In this document: positions 10,368-24,381 of the stretch, in pieces | How the letters are laid out: every line of letters begins with the position of its first letter | Numbering within the stretch: the first letter of the stretch is position 1 | From: Phaeosaccion multiseriatum | Lineage: Eukaryota > Protista > Ochrophyta, other classes | Direction of reading: 5' to 3' | NCBI GenBank assembly: GCA_965112735.1 | Contig: OZ218952.1 | Coordinates: 5,642,001 to 5,706,000 of the forward strand | DNA length: 64,000 bases | Translations under genes and position numbers: made by a program | Notes under the pieces: generated by a model | Database searches by the model: none | What the model was told of the DNA's origin: nothing | What the model saw: the letters and a program-made list of their open reading frames with translations, nothing else

Positions 10368-13300
10368 ATGCTGGGACGTCAGCTTCGTACGTTAGTCCTG
10401 CAAGGAGGAGGCTGTCGAGGTGTCCCTCATGCAGCGTCGCTTACGCACCTATACCCAGCCAGCGCTCGAGGTACACGAGGGCGAGGGGCTGACTCCCGAA
10501 CACTCTCCTCGAGCCCGGCCTTGGTGGGCGCCGCGGGGCGCGTGCCTCTCAGCTGCACCTGCGGCCGATCCGACTTTCGTAGCACGCCGCCATCAGCCGC
10601 GGGGGTGCCTTCGAGCCTCACCCACAGGAGCACACTCCCCAACACAGCGGCAATCAGTCGACGAGGAGTGAGGACGAGCAGCCGCCCCAACAGCAGGAGG
10701 AGGAGGAGGAGGGAGGGTCGGAGCGCCGGTCAGCCAGGACCCAGAACGGCTGGTAGTACCGTGGGTATGAGGAAGGATAGCGATAGCGACGACCGCAGTG
10801 CAACTCCACAAGCTGCTACTGCTATTGACAGTGAGGGTGGCGAGCAGGATGATGTGGACGACAACAGCAGCCTCACAACTACTGGTGATACTGACCAGGG
10901 CAAGGGGGAAGGCAGCAACCCCCTGGATGACGTGGAGGTGACGGAGACTTTCGGAGGAGCCGGTGAGTGATCGGGAAAGGACGAGGACGCACACACACAC
11001 ATGGCACAACAAGTAATGCGCCAGGTCTCTTCCTCTCTCACACTCCTCTCTCACTGCATACCACTCACCCCCTCGCCCTCGCGGATGCATGGATGCACGT
11101 GTACGTAGCCAGCATTGTGGACGACGAAGGCAGGTTCGACTTCAAAGCCTTCGCCAAGTCCAACGTTATTGCGCGGGAAATGGCCGTGTCAGAGACGCAG
11201 ACGGCCATTAGGAATGATTACATTCGAAACGACTTCGAAAGTGCCCTCGTGGGCTCCGAAATGTTGAAGCAAATGTGTATTACACACTACAAGAGGTGCG
11301 TGACTGACGACGTGACTACTCGCGCCAACCGATGAGATGGCTGCGACGAGACTGACCGCCGCCGAGACCAAACCACAAGGGCCTGTGGCGCCGATCCAAG
11401 CAACCCTCTGTGTGTGTGTGTGTCTGTATGTCTGTCTTGTGTGTTACTCAGCTGTCCACTACGATCCCGCGAGCTCACTCATCGATGCAACTGCTTCTGC
11501 TCCGCCACTACACCCGCCCCTCTCACCCACCGCCCAACCCCCCTCACCCCACCCTCCACCTCCCCTTCACAGAGAGCACACGGTGACAGCGTCCGCTTTC
11601 TGTAACACCGCACTGATGCTCAAGATGCTGGGCCGCTATGATGAGAGCGTGACTGAGAACATGGAGGCTCTGGAAATCTATGAGAAGGTGGTGGGGCAGG
11701 ACCATGCGTCTTACGCCGCCACCCTCAGCAACCTCGGTGAGCGGCTGGGCTGGGCTCGTCGTCGATGGCAGTGGATGGCAGTGGATGGCAGTGGATGGCA
11801 GTGGACTGGGCTGTGTGGGCTGGGCTGGATGGCTGTCAACGGGACTGAGTTGGGCTCGGTGTGCGCGGCGCGCGGCGTTTTTTTGCCTGGCTGTTGGATA
11901 CAGGTGTCACACACACCTGCTCAGAGGGCCCCTGAGACTCCCTCCCACACATGCTCTCTCCGTCATTGTCTCTTTCTCTCTCTCTCTCTATCTCTCCTGC
12001 CTCTCACACGCACCTCTCTCTCTCGCACTTGTCCCTACCCTCTCTCTCCCTCACTCTCTTTCTCCCTGGCTACCCCCCCCCCCCCTCCTCCTCTCATCCT
12101 CCTCCTCTCATCCTCCTCCCCCCTCTCCCCCCTCCCCCCAAGGACACGTCTTCAAGATGATGTCCTACAACGCCTCGTCCTCGCTGGAGCGCCTCGGTCT
12201 GCTGGAGAGGGCTAAGGAGCACTTCGAGAAAGTGCTGGAGATCCGCTCCCAAGTGCACGAAGAGGGGCATCCCGAGTTGGAGCTCACACGCAACATCCTC
12301 GCCTCTACAAGGGCCATGCTGCCGGGTGTGTGTGTGTGTGTATGTGCGTGTGTGTGTGCGTGTGTGTGCGCGCGCGCGTGTGCATGTGTGTTTGTTCAAG
12401 GGGCAGTATTGGGGCACGTTGGAGGGAGGATTGCTGTGCGTGAGTCTGTATGTGGACAAGGAGTAGTATGTACGTGAGTGTGTTATGTGAGACGAACCGA
12501 ACTATTGGTCTTAACAAAAAACGTCCCTTGCCTTCTTCCCACCTTTTTCTCACAGGCCACAAGCGGAAGGAGGGGGGAGGGGGAGGGGGAGACGGAGGGG
12601 CGGAGGAGAAGACTCTTCGGAATACCGTGCAGGCACTCCGATCAGGCGTGGGAGAAGGCCACAGCGCCACTGCCACAGCCATCAACAACCTTGGCTTCTT
12701 CCTCAAATGTGAGTGTCGGGTTGAGGGCGTGCATCCCCGCACCTACCCATCGCTGGCACCGCTTTTCTCCTGCTCGAGTATGCACTCCTTTCCCCTCTCT
12801 CCTTCCCTCCCTTCATCCCTCCCTTCATCCCTCCCGTCATCCCCTCCTCCCTCCCCTCCTCCCCTCCTCCCCTCCTCGCTCCTTCCCTCCCTCTTACCTC
12901 CCTACCTCCCTACCCCCCCTTCTTCTTCCTCCCCTTCCCCATCCCCTCCCTCTCGCGTGCTCTAACACTACCACAGCGGCCGGACGTTACGCGGAGGCCA
13001 AGGATCTCTATGACGAGGCGCTGGCCATTCGGACGAACCTCTTTGGATTAGCTCACCAGGCCACCTTCACTACGAGGTCAGCGAGGGAGAGATAGATGGG
13101 TTGGGGTAGAGAGAGAGAGAGAGGGGGGGGGGGGGGAGGAGAGAGGGAGAGGGGGAGGGAGGGAGAGAGAGAAGGGAGAGAAAGGGAGGAGAGAAGGAGG
13201 AGAGAGAGGGGTACGAGAGAGAGGGAGAAGGGGGAGAGAAAGCGAGAAGAGGAGTTTGGACAGAGACGCCCGGATGCATGCACCAGGATTCAGCCACAAG

Positions 13301-13854
13301 GATACGCAGCCTAGTAGACTTGGGGCACGCATGAGGACCCAACTCTTATCGGTAGTGTAGAATTGGGCCTCTCATGCCATGCCGTCTCGCTGCTCGCTCG
13401 GTACTGTCTGACCCTCGCCGCTGCCTACCCTGGCCTTGTCCCCCGTGTGTGTGCGTGTGTGCGTGGCAGGTTCAACATTGTGGAGTTGCTCTCTGCGCAG
13501 GGCAAGACGGAAGAGGCAAACGCCATGGCAGACGACATCTTGAAGGTAAGTTGGTGCGTGCGTGCGTGCGTGCGTGCGTGCGTGTCTTCCGCGGCCCAGG
13601 CGCATGCAATGCAATGCAAAATGAAGGAAAGGAAACAGAAGATGGCCCCTCTCTGGCTCAGCAGGGAGGGACGTGAGATGCCTCACCAAACCTTTTTGTT
13701 GTTGGTGCTATTGCGACAGTGCGCCCTGCCCTCCATTGCCGTCGCGGCGCGCTTCTTTGACGCTCTTGTGTACTGGCGACCACCAACCTCCTTCGCCTCC
13801 TTTCCCCTCCTCCCCCCCTTGTCCCGCTGCTGCCCCCCTGTCCTCCTCCTCCTC

Positions 13855-13886
<32 letters not shown>

Positions 13887-14283
13887 TCCCTCTGCTGCTG
13901 CACAGACGTCTGGGCTGCCGGAGAAGACCGTGGAAGAGATAGCTGCCGAAGTAGATACCACTTGGTCGCCGAATGCACAATCAGGGCAGGGGGCAGGGGA
14001 GCAGCCACCGACAAGGCAGGCGGAGGGAGGGGCGGATTGGAATGTCAACATGACTATCGTCAATGCCGTGAGGAGAGAGATGGCAGAGGAGGAGGGGAAG
14101 AAGAGCCAAGCAGCGGCGGCATCCAAGGCTCCCGGATCCACAATAGCGGGAGGAGGAGGAGGAGGAGGAGAAGAAGGAGGAGGGAAGGGGAAGGTTCTTG
14201 GGACAGTCGGAAAGGACCAGCGCTGGAGGCCGGTGAGAAGAAAGAAAAAGCGGGTCGGAGGGAAGGGGGGGGGGGCGCGCTGA
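10368..14283 (+). CDS. TPR-repeat protein (kinesin-light-chain-like TPRs), possible mitochondrial presequence
   Basis: Exons 10368-10962, 11109-11295, 11573-11736, 12143-12325, 12556-12708, 12977-13076, 13470-13545, 13906-14283. TPR motifs: ALEIYEKVVGQDHASYAATLSNLG, GEGHSATATAINNLG, GRYAEAKDLYDEALAIR. Arg/Ser-rich N-terminus. Confidence 0.85.
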
Positions 14284-14659
14284 TAATTGAACTTTGGTAC
14301 ATATCAATAGCTACGTAATGTACGTGCGTGCTGTCTTGGCGGTGGCATGGTTTTGATCATCGCACTCGCCTCCCCGCCTCACGGCTACGGACCCCTCCTC
14401 CTCCTCCTCCACCACCACCACCACCACCACCACCACCATCCTCCTCGCTCTCCTCTATCCCCCTCCTCCTCATCGAGCACTCCCATATCGCCGAGTGATG
14501 CTCTACCATACGCTGCCATCCCGTCGCTCACGCGCCCACCACGCCCCCACGTCCATGCCACAGGAGGGAGGGATGAGGCCCTCTTCTTCCCCTCGGGCCT
14601 TGTCCAAACCTGTCTCCCAATTGTCCTGGAGGGCGATCGATTGGTTGCTTGCTACCGCC

Positions 14660-14800
14660 AACCGCTAACTACTAACTGCCTACCCGTTAACTAACCACCT
14701 AACCGCTAACTGCTACCTACCCGTTTACTACCTAATCGCTACCTAAGTACCTACTACTACTACAATTAACCATCTAACCGCTAACAAACTACCTAACCGC
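14660..14800. repeat. degenerate CTAAC/CTAC-rich tandem repeat between convergent 3' ends
   Basis: Repeated ctaac/ctac/ccgctaac units. Confidence 0.7.
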
Positions 14801-17752
14801 TCTCCTCCGCTGCTTTGACACAGCACGCAATAGTTCGGTACCACATGGCGAGAGTGAAGGTGTTGGCAAGCAGCTCCTCGTCAGAGGGCAGTCGTGCAGG
14901 GGCCAGAGGGGCAGGGGTGGCTCGCCTACTGCTGAGGCTGCTGCTGGGATGGTGCCCTACGGCCTTGGACATGGAAGCTCGCAGAACCCGCGCCGCGTGG
15001 TCTTCTCCCTCTCGCTCCTCTCGCTCGTCTCCCTCCCCTCCTCCAGCCTCTGCTGCCTCTGGTGCCTGTGCTGTTGACGCCGTGGTACTTGCTGCACCCG
15101 CCCTGAGAGCGATGGGCCGTCGGGGCGAAATGCCTCCTCCGCCCTCGGACTGGGACTCAGACTGGGACTGCTGTGGGTCGATCCCACCTTCTTGCAGGGG
15201 CCAGCGGAGTGGTTGCTGCCGCGGGAGTGCGCTGGTCAAGGATGACGACGCGTCCTTTGCTCCTCGCTCTCCTCGCTCTCCCCCTCTCCCCTTGTCCGCC
15301 GGTGGTTGCGATCCATCGACATCCGGCCCCTCTCCTGTATCTGGACATCGACTCGGAGACCCCGTCAGCACCTCTTCTCGGCGGGGCTCGGAGCCACCCA
15401 TGCCCCCGTGATGACTCTTTGTGTGCGGAGCAGTCGTAGTCAGGGTAGGGCGTAACACACCACGCCGGAGCGAGCCTTCCTCTTCTTCCTCCCCATCCTC
15501 CTCCTCCTCCTCCTCCTCCTCCTCCTCCTCCTCCTCCTCCTCCTCCTCCTCCTCCTCCTCCTCCTCCTCCTCCTCCTCCTCCTCCTCCTCCTGCTCCTCC
15601 TCCTGCTCCTCCTCCTCCCCCTCCTTCTCCTCCTCCTCCTCCTCCTTGTTGGTCGGCGCGTCACCACAGGTCCTAGCCATTGGCGGGTCGCAACTCCCCG
15701 ATGCTTCGAGTCCACCCGAACCCGTCGTAGCCTCCTCTCTTCTTGGCGGCAGAGACATGACGGGATCCGGGATGCTGGACTGCAACAGCGGCACTTGTTC
15801 ATACTCGAGTGCCTCTCCGACCTGCTCCCTTGGGGCTCCGTGTCTTTCCTCGCCCAACACGCTGGAGGCATCGTCCGGCGGCGGATACCGCTGTGTTGTC
15901 TGAATATCTCCCACGTCAGAAGTGTAGCCTCTAGCAGAGGATGATATGTCAGAGTCTCCGTGTGGCTGCCGAGCCTGCTGAGCCTGCTGAGCCTGCTTCA
16001 TCTCGCCGCTTCTGTGCTGCAGCCTCCCTACAGGCCCCCCAGCGGCTTCCCCGTGGGTCCACTCCCCCGAGTCGCCACCCTCTCGCATCGCAATTCCTTC
16101 CTCGCAGCCTTCCTTCAGCATTCCTCTCTCCCTCGCCGATACTGGCGGTGTTGCAGCTGCCGTTCCTGACTGCTCGTGAGAAAGGGTTCCCCCGAAGAGC
16201 CCCCACGTATCCGCAATGCTTGAAAACGATGTCTCCAGGGGTGCCGGGGGTGCAGCTTCTTGCTGCCACTCTGTCTGGCCAAACTCACCAGCAGCCGCCG
16301 CGCCTCCTTCTCCTTCCTCTACCATGGGAGCGACCGATCCCGAGCCTTCCTTCCTTTGCTGCCCCTCGCACAGCATGAGGGTGTCCTCACCCTCGTGGTG
16401 GCGAGTCATCCATCGGTGCTTCCTCGAATCAGGATCCTCTGCTCTCGAGTCGCCGACCTCGTGTCCGGCTTCGTCTACCTCCATCCGGTTGTTGAAGAGG
16501 CGGATCGGGGCAAGCATGTCTACCGTCGACGCTGAAGCGGAGAGGGAGGAGGGGAAGTAGGTGGACAGCTGGTGCTCGTCTTGCCCACTAAAAACGAGCC
16601 CCCTGCCATGATCACACGCCTCCTCGACGCGCGCCCCATCAAGGGCAAATGGACACTCGTTCCTGTTTGCGGAGTAGCGAGCATCGCTTGCAAAGGCAGG
16701 CCATGCAGGGCGTCCCTCCTCCTGTCTCTGCTGTCGCTGGTGCTGGTGATGACTGGCTTGCGGCGGCCCGTGTGACCCTTTGGTACTGGTTGTAGAACCA
16801 TCGCCGAAGTGGAACATGGAAGGTGAGGAAGGTACTTGGCCTTCGTGGGTCGAGCAGGCATGCTCCATCGCGCTCAAGTCATTTCCGTGGTGCGTAGTGA
16901 ACCTGGTTGGTGTCGTCATTACCATCATCCCTCCTCCCTTGCCCTGCTCTTCCCTATTCTCTCTCTCTTCGAAGGCTGCTGCTGCTGGTGCTGCTGGCGA
17001 ATACTCCAGGACCGAATCTGCTGCCCCAAAGGTTGCTTCCCTTCTGTCTTCTCCCACCTCGCCTCCTTTCGGCGGTGCGGAGGGAAGTGATGATTGGGCG
17101 GAACTCTGGTGTTGCTGTCTGCTACTCTGACTATTGCGTAGGAGGCGCCGCACATCTGCCGATTGGCGCTTCCCTACGGCCGCCGCAGTCAGGGGGTTCC
17201 GCTGCTGGCGAGTCAGGGCTGTGGCCAAGGTGGAGTACTGGTCCTGCTGGTCCTGCTGCTGCTGATGCTGCCCATCTATGCTGCTCTCTTCTGCTCCATC
17301 AGGGTATTCAGCTTGACGTGGCAACAAGGAAGCTCGGAGAGTGCTTTCCGGCCCACCATGGTACGTGAGTCTCCTCTCTCTTCTCGGTACCTCTGCAGCC
17401 ACCTTTGAGAAGTGCCTCGTCCGATTCTCGGAGACCTTGACCTTGCCCCTGACTCTAGCCCGCTATGTGGAGACAGCGAGGGGAGTGGGAGAAGAGCGGG
17501 GCGTGGGCGTGAGGAGAGGCCGTTGATCGAAGTGGGGAAAGCATTGCCACTAGAGACAGCGAGGGGGATGGGGGGAAGAGCGAGGGATGGGCGTGAGAAG
17601 AGGGCCTTGGGTAAAGAAGGATGGCGGGGAGCGTATTGCTTTTGGGCGGATTCGTGGCGAGGCCACTGAACGAGAATGAGAGGGGGGCGGAAAGAGCTCT
17701 GCTTTGTGGTGAGACAGTCATGTACCTTCTTTCCGCTTGTCATCCAGTTCAT
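14793..17752 (-). CDS. uncharacterised acidic low-complexity protein (~878 aa)
   Basis: Short exon 17752-17726 (MNWMTSGKK) splices in frame to a 2.6-kb open exon 17402-14793 with a poly-Glu tract. Small helical C-terminus (LPSDEELLANTFTLAMWY). Confidence 0.65.
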
Positions 17753-17952
17753 AGTGGCCTTGCAGTGATAGCAGGGAACGCGGGTGTGCTGTAAGGGGGC
17801 GAGAAAAGTGCAGAGCCGCGGAGGAGGAGAAAAAAAAGTGGAAGCGCGAGTCCGATAGGCGGGAAAACTTGTCGACGACGTTGAAGCATCAACAAGTGGA
17901 TCAAACCTCTTCGTGTAATACCGTAATACCTCTTCTTCCAGACGGCGAAACC

Positions 17953-19002
17953 ATGCTTGAGGTGAGGGTGTTTGCCCTACTCATATCTATTCCCTTGCCT
18001 CTTTACTCCCTCTGATGCTTTGACCTGTCCCCTCTTCTCCCCTCGTCCCGCTCCCCCTCTTCCCCCCGCTGTCCTTCTTTTCACCCAACTCTCTCCCTCT
18101 GATGTTTTGACTCGTCCCTTCTCCCACCCCTCCTCCCAATCCTATCACTTTTCCCTTCAACAGAACTTGAAGGCGCAGTCCCGGCGGCTGCTGGGGACCG
18201 AAGAGCCAGAGGAGAAGACCGCTCTGCAAGAAATCGAGGAGCGCATATGTGCTTGCTTTCCTTCAATGACTTACAAACAGCGTCTGATTGGATTCGCCTG
18301 CTGCCTCCTTTGCGGCTCGATTATCACGGCAGGGTCTCTCTTCAGGAAAGTCATGGCGTTTCCCCCAACCTCCAAGTGATGGCGAGTTGCTGTATACACA
18401 CAGGATTTTCACACAGCTTTCCCCGTTTCTCTCATGGATCCCCGCCTTCCCCACGCACAGAATTCTGCAGCTCATCAGGGGGAACCCGGTTCCCTTCGTG
18501 GTGTTTTACACTGTAGGAAACCTCATCAGCATCTGTGCATCGTTCTTCCTTTACGGGCCATGGGCTCAAACGAAAAAGATGTTCGCCCCAACCCGGGCAC
18601 TTGCCACTTGTATATACCTGGGAACACTCGGTGAGTGGGGAGGGTTGTCGCTCTTTCGACTGAAGAATTAAGTAAGGAGTCCTCTAACGCGCTCTCCTCT
18701 CCCTCCCCCGTCCCTGGCTGTTTGGTCCTCTTCTCACGACGCGCCCGCCCTTCGCCCTTCGCCCTTCGCCCTGCTGACGGTGGGTGTGTTTCGCTGGTTC
18801 ACTGCGCTGCCTGCTGCCTGCTGCAGTACTCTGTTTGTTTGTGGCCTTTGCGAGCTTCGTGCCTGCTCGTGCCGTCTTGCTGCTCGTCCTGGTGGTCGTG
18901 CAATTTCTGGCCTTTGTGTGGTACTCCGTCAGCTTCATTCCTTTCGCTCGGCAGTGGTTCAAAGCCCTAATACGCGGCAACTGCATGGACTGCGGCGATT
19001 GA
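17953..19002 (+). CDS. SFT2: Got1/Sft2-family vesicle transport protein (SFT2-like)
   Basis: Exons 17953-17961, 18164-18345, 18461-18630, 18827-19002. Motifs: MTYKQRLIGFACC, FVVFYTVGNLISI.ASFFL.GP.AQ.KKMF.PTR, QFLAFVWYSVSFIPFAR. Confidence 0.92.
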
Positions 19003-19808
19003 TTAACTTGACTTGCCGAGCTACCAGCATGACTCGATGGCAAGCAAGCCAAGCCCTTGGCGTCTCTGTCTGCCTGCTTCTTCTTGCGGCATGAACGAAG
19101 CGAGCCGAGGAGGGAGGCTGGCACAGCTTCCTCTGTGACAAGCCAAACGTCCTACCCCCGGAATGGCGCTGTACTGGAACAGTCCTCTTGTGTCTTTGCC
19201 ATGGGAGTGCATGTGGAAGCCTCGAGGGGGTGGTGGGTGGTATGCTTGTCACACTACGGTGATACATCCACAGGCAGCAGGGTGCTCTGTCAGCAGCTCC
19301 AGAGCGGGACACTGAACAGTTGAAGGCTCCGGTGCTGTGGATGCGATGCGGAAGGAGATGCGCGACAAAGCGGGTGATCAGAAGAGCGGCCGACAGGCAG
19401 GGGGCTGCGGTGGGAGCAGCTAGGCACGAGAGCAGGGTGAATGTGAGGGACAATCAAGGGGGGGTGAAAAAGTCCTTGAAGGGGAGGGGAGCAGGAGCAG
19501 TGTATCTGCGGGGGGCTGCGGGCTCATCTCATCATTGCAAAGAGTCTTGTGAGTTTATGTGAGAGAGCACTCTGCCGCCCTCGTTGTCCACTTAGTTTGG
19601 CTCAGAAGACAGGACATCATTAAATTTTTTTTTGCTCTTTCTTCTTTCTTCAGATTGGGCGAGGGAGAGCGTCTTTCTTACACCAAAAATCACCTTGGTA
19701 AGGGGTTGTTTCCGAGTCCAGATTGTCGCGATCTCGACGGTTGAAATGATAAATCCATAAATCCTCCTCCCTCATTTTCCTACTGCCATCCGCCTAGGGT
19801 GCAAGAAG

Positions 19809-22800
19809 ATGCTGGCCTTCGGGACGCAGGGAGGTCTCGGTGCCGGAGGAGGCGGTGGTGCAGACGTGGAAGATGAATACAACTTCTCGCTGGGAGGGGC
19901 ACGTGATGAAAAGAAGAGGAGGAAAAAGAAGAAGGGGAGCCGTCTTGGGGGCGGTGGGAGCGGTGGTGCTTTCGGACGTAAGAGCCGCGGCGAGGAGGGT
20001 GGAGATGAGGGAGGGGAGGAGGAGAAGGAGGAGCTGGGGCGGGGTGTACAGCATGATCAAGCCCGCAGAGCACCCGATGGGGGGGGAGCGCAGGAAGGGA
20101 GACAAGAGTCAGCTCATCGGCCGAGCCGCACCGCAGAAAGCGCCGCCTCCCCCTCGGGCGACAAGCTAATGGACAAAGTGAACGGCCTGCTCAGCAAGTA
20201 CAACAAGAAGGGCGTCATGGCCTCTGGACAGAGCACCGTGCGAGCCCCAAGAAGGTCCTTCAATGAAGACGATATCTCCATCAGTAGCAGTGAAGAGGTG
20301 TGTGTGTGTGTGTTCACTACTGTGTGGAGGAGAAGACCTAGTGTCGTGATCCAGCCCACCCAGTGGGGGCATGCTCTTGATGAAACTGATTCTTGCTCCA
20401 CTCTCTCTCCTGCAATTAATTTGTCCCACCCACCACGCCATCAACTCCCAGAGTCAGCACGCGGATGAGAGACGCTTGAAGCGGAAAAGCCGGCTTGGTA
20501 GCTCCAAGTCTGTTGCTCGTATCCCGACCGCACTAGAGCTGGGCCTTGATGTGGAGAGCATCATGGACACCAGCAGCCCCATGCCTGAGGGGGGGAAGAG
20601 GGCGGGTCAAGCGGGCGGTCACTCAAGTCGGTTCGGAGACCCCGCCTCTCCGCAAACCCCTCAGACGCCCTACGACGATGGGTACGAGGACTCGCTCCTG
20701 AGTGTCTCGGGAGTGGTCTCCGAAGGGCTGTCTCCCGAAGGCGGTGACGCCTACGTGACGGACTCGCCAGATACGTCCTCACCAGGGAGGGGGCGGGGTG
20801 GGGGAGGCGGAGGCGGAGGAGGAGGAGGAGGAGGAGGAGGAGGAGGAAGAGGAGGAGGAGGGCAGAGGGAGAAGAGGGGCAAGAATGGCCTATTGGGGAA
20901 GGGGCATAGGCGAGAGAGCATGGGGGAAACCATCAAAAAGCACTTGTCGAGTAGCGCCACGGGACTGATACAAAGCGCGACGGACATTCCTCTCTCCAAG
21001 CTGCTCGGCGAGGGCACTGCTGGCACGGCAGTCACACCTGGAGGGGCCCTGTCGCTGCTGGGTAAGACATCTTACTTTAGAGACAGTCTATCCCAGCAGT
21101 CACCACAAATAGGCGGATACATGCACGCTGAAGGCGGTGATGGCGACGATGATGAGGACGAGCACAATCAAGAGCAAGGGCATGATGAAGAGGAAGAGGA
21201 AGAGGGGCAGGCACCCGATCTTGCCACGGTGGGGTCGCGATACAGAGAGATACACGAGCAGTATGGACATGGTGGGGAAGAGTCTATTGGAGAGGACAGC
21301 TTCCAGCAAGGGGGCAGCAGCGAGGATGAGCGGGACGGAGACGAACGAGCGGAAGGGGGTGGGAAAAAGACACCAGGAGGGCAAGGGGAAGGGGTCACTA
21401 ATGACGACTCATATGCTGATGATGATGACTTTGGTGTAGAAAGCGCAGTCTCAATGCTGGAGGATGATCATGGTGCAGCAGCAGCAGCAGCAGGGGAGAG
21501 GCAAAGTCCAGGAAGAGGCGGCGGGGGGCTTGGTAGCGCAGACACAGGGGAAGAGTACTCCTTAGACTATGCCTCGGACGACGATCACCGCGACGACGAC
21601 AACAACAACAACAACAAAGACGGCGACGATGGTGGTGACAGGAGCGAGGGGAGCCGCGACAGACCATTGGCAAGAGGAGGCGGTGCTGTGCCTCACAGGG
21701 AGGGAAGTAGCAGACCGGAAATATTCGGGAATGTCATGTCCTTCGCGGACCTGGTGGGGGAAGGCGAATCGGTAGGAGGGGAAGTCAGTGAGGGCAGTCC
21801 GCCGCAGCGAGGTACTACTGCGTCTTCTGTAGACGGGCGAGGGGGGGGAGGAGGAGGAGAGAAGACGCGGAGGAGGACAGCGGTGGATGCAGCGATAGGA
21901 GGAGGACACGGGCAGGGGCAGGGGCAAGCGACCTCCCCATCCTTTGGTGCTGGGGACGCCCGACGACTGCGAAGAGAAGGAGCACCATCGCCGACTAGAG
22001 GAGAGGAGGAGGAGCAGATGGATGCTGCTGGGGCTCGAGACCGTGTCGGTAACCTTCCGATAGTTCGAAGGCCGACGGTTATCGATCGCTCGAGCCAGCA
22101 GAACGACGACGATGATGATGACGAGGAAGAATACGAAGGGGTTACAGGGGGGGTAGAGGCAGGGGCAGGGGTAGCGGCAGCAGTTGGTGATACAGGGACA
22201 GCAGACGGGCAACAGGGGCGGGGAATGGTGCCCAAGAAGAAGAAGCGGCAGTACGCGACGATGATTCCCAAGCGAGTGTCGGAGGCGGACACGCGTTACT
22301 CCATGCACGTGGGCACGGGGCGGGAGGTGCGCAGCTGCAGCACTCAGATACACGGCAACCACGCAGCCGTGCAGACGGAAGTGATTGTGCCCGGCATGGT
22401 TGGTGAGTGCGTGAGTCAATGTGTGGGTGCGTACGTGTATGCGTGCTTGCGTGCGTGCGTGTGTGCGTGCGTGCGTGCGTGGGTCCCGATCGGTCTAGTG
22501 TGGCTGGTGGGTGGGTCGCGGTCTATCCGACTGTGGCTGGTGGCGTGGTGGGGTGGAGCCGGTCCATGTGTGGCAAGACGAGGAAGAATTGATTCGAATT
22601 GCACAGTTTCTTGGTCTCACTCACCAATTGGGACTCTTTGGTTGGGTCGTCCCATTTTCCTGTTTTCGACCCCTCCCCCCAACCAACGCCCCTCCCAAAC
22701 CCTCTAACCTCAGGCACGAAAACCGCTGTGGATGTGGAGGGGCCGCCGAGTGGCGTGTACGGCAGCGAGTCTTGTCGGGAGGAGGGCGTGTACCCGACCA

Positions 22801-23396
22801 GTTCAGCGTCGAGGCCTGCCGCGAATGGCCCAAGTATGGGGGCAGGGGAAGGAGGGTGGGGCGGAGGAGGAGCAAGGCAAGAGAGCAGCCACAGACAGGG
22901 CTTCCCCCGCGGGTCTGGTGCTGACGAGACGCACGGGTGGGGAGTGGACCAGCAGGGTGGGCGAAGAGAGGCAGATCACCGACCCGACCTTCATCCTCCT
23001 CCTCCTCCTCCTCCTCCTCCTCCTCCTCCTCCCCCCCACCACAACGAGTACCAGCACCAGTACCGCTACCCAGTTCACTATGCCCCTCAACCGCCCCCGC
23101 CCATGCCCATGGGGTACGGTGTCTCTCCCGGCTTCGGCTGCCCCACGCCTCCCTTTCCAACGATGGGCATGTACACTCCTTTCCCGGACGGCAGCGGCGG
23201 CAGGGCAGGGGGAGGGGTGAGCACTGGTGGGGCAGCGCAGGGGGGCGGCACGGAGCCTGCCATACCCCCTGCCGGAGCTGTTGCGTCCTCTTCATCGGGC
23301 GGCATCGCTGGAGTGTACCTCCAGATGCTTGCGGAGGCTCACGCGGAGACGCTAAGGGTGAAGCGACAACTCGAGCAAGTGAGCAGAGACCACCAC

Positions 23397-23468
<72 letters not shown>

Positions 23469-24044
23469 GAGGAGGAGGGGCGTGAGGAGGGCGAGGGGGG
23501 CGTCGCCGCGAACAACGCGGGGGCAGGGGCGGAGGAGGAGGAAGCCCACCAGCCGGCGGAGGGTGTCGATTCGGAGACACAACGACAACAGAGCAGCACC
23601 GCCGAGAAGAGCGGTGAGGGCACAGCTCCTCCTCCTGGCGGAAATGCGACAGCGGCGGCCCTTCCCTCCTCCTTCTCCTCGCCTACACCTCTTTTCCCAT
23701 GGGGAGGGGGAGGAGGGTATGGGGGTGGTGGAGGTGGGGCGGCGGCGCAAGACTCTTGCACCACTGCCACGATGGCCACACAGGCCATGTTCCGGCGCCA
23801 GCTCAGCGCCATGCGGGCCAATCTGCACTCGCTGCGGAGTCGGAGGCAGGCAGGGCAAGGCCACGGCCAGGTGTCTGCTGTGCCCTACGAGTATACGAGC
23901 TTGGCCGGTGCGAAGGACTACATTCAATCGTCCCGAGCCGCACACTCGCGGCCAATGGATATGGCGGAGGCGTTCAGCAGGCTCGACCCTTCGCTGAGCA
24001 GAGAGCAGGCGCAGGCTGCTGCAGCCAGGGCAGCTGAGAGGTAG
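19809..24044 (+). CDS. low-complexity protein with C-terminal DUF4614/C19orf44-like motif
   Basis: Exons 19809-20297, 20452-22402, 22714-24044. C-terminus QAMFRRQL..YEYTSLAGAKDYI....PMDMAEA recalls the YTTLEETKEYI...LTMEEAL motif of C19orf44. Confidence 0.65.
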
Positions 24045-24381
24045 TAGATGGCAGCTGCTGTCCATCGACGCCGAAGAGTACGAAGTACATATCAAATCAT
24101 GTATTACATCATGAGCAAATTGTTACTAGGCAGGTTCACTGCCTTGACATGTCGAGAAGGAGCCTCAGTTCCCAGGTGGTTGCAAAAATGCTCTCTCTTC
24201 TCTCTGCTCCTCTGCTCCGTCCACCGAGTTTTGAGATGCAGAGCGCCTCCCGCACGTGAAGAAAAGAACACCTGTCCCCCCAAAGTGAGCATCGGAAGCA
24301 GCGAGTAGTGCCCCTGACGCTAGCAATGGGAGCGAAGACCGTCCTGCGTCAATGTATGTATGTACAATGCGACACATGCGC

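Noticed and set aside
17726-17752. MNW.. N-terminus reminiscent of C12orf40/HEIP1
   Set aside because: The downstream Q..YFE motif is absent, so similarity is too weak to call.
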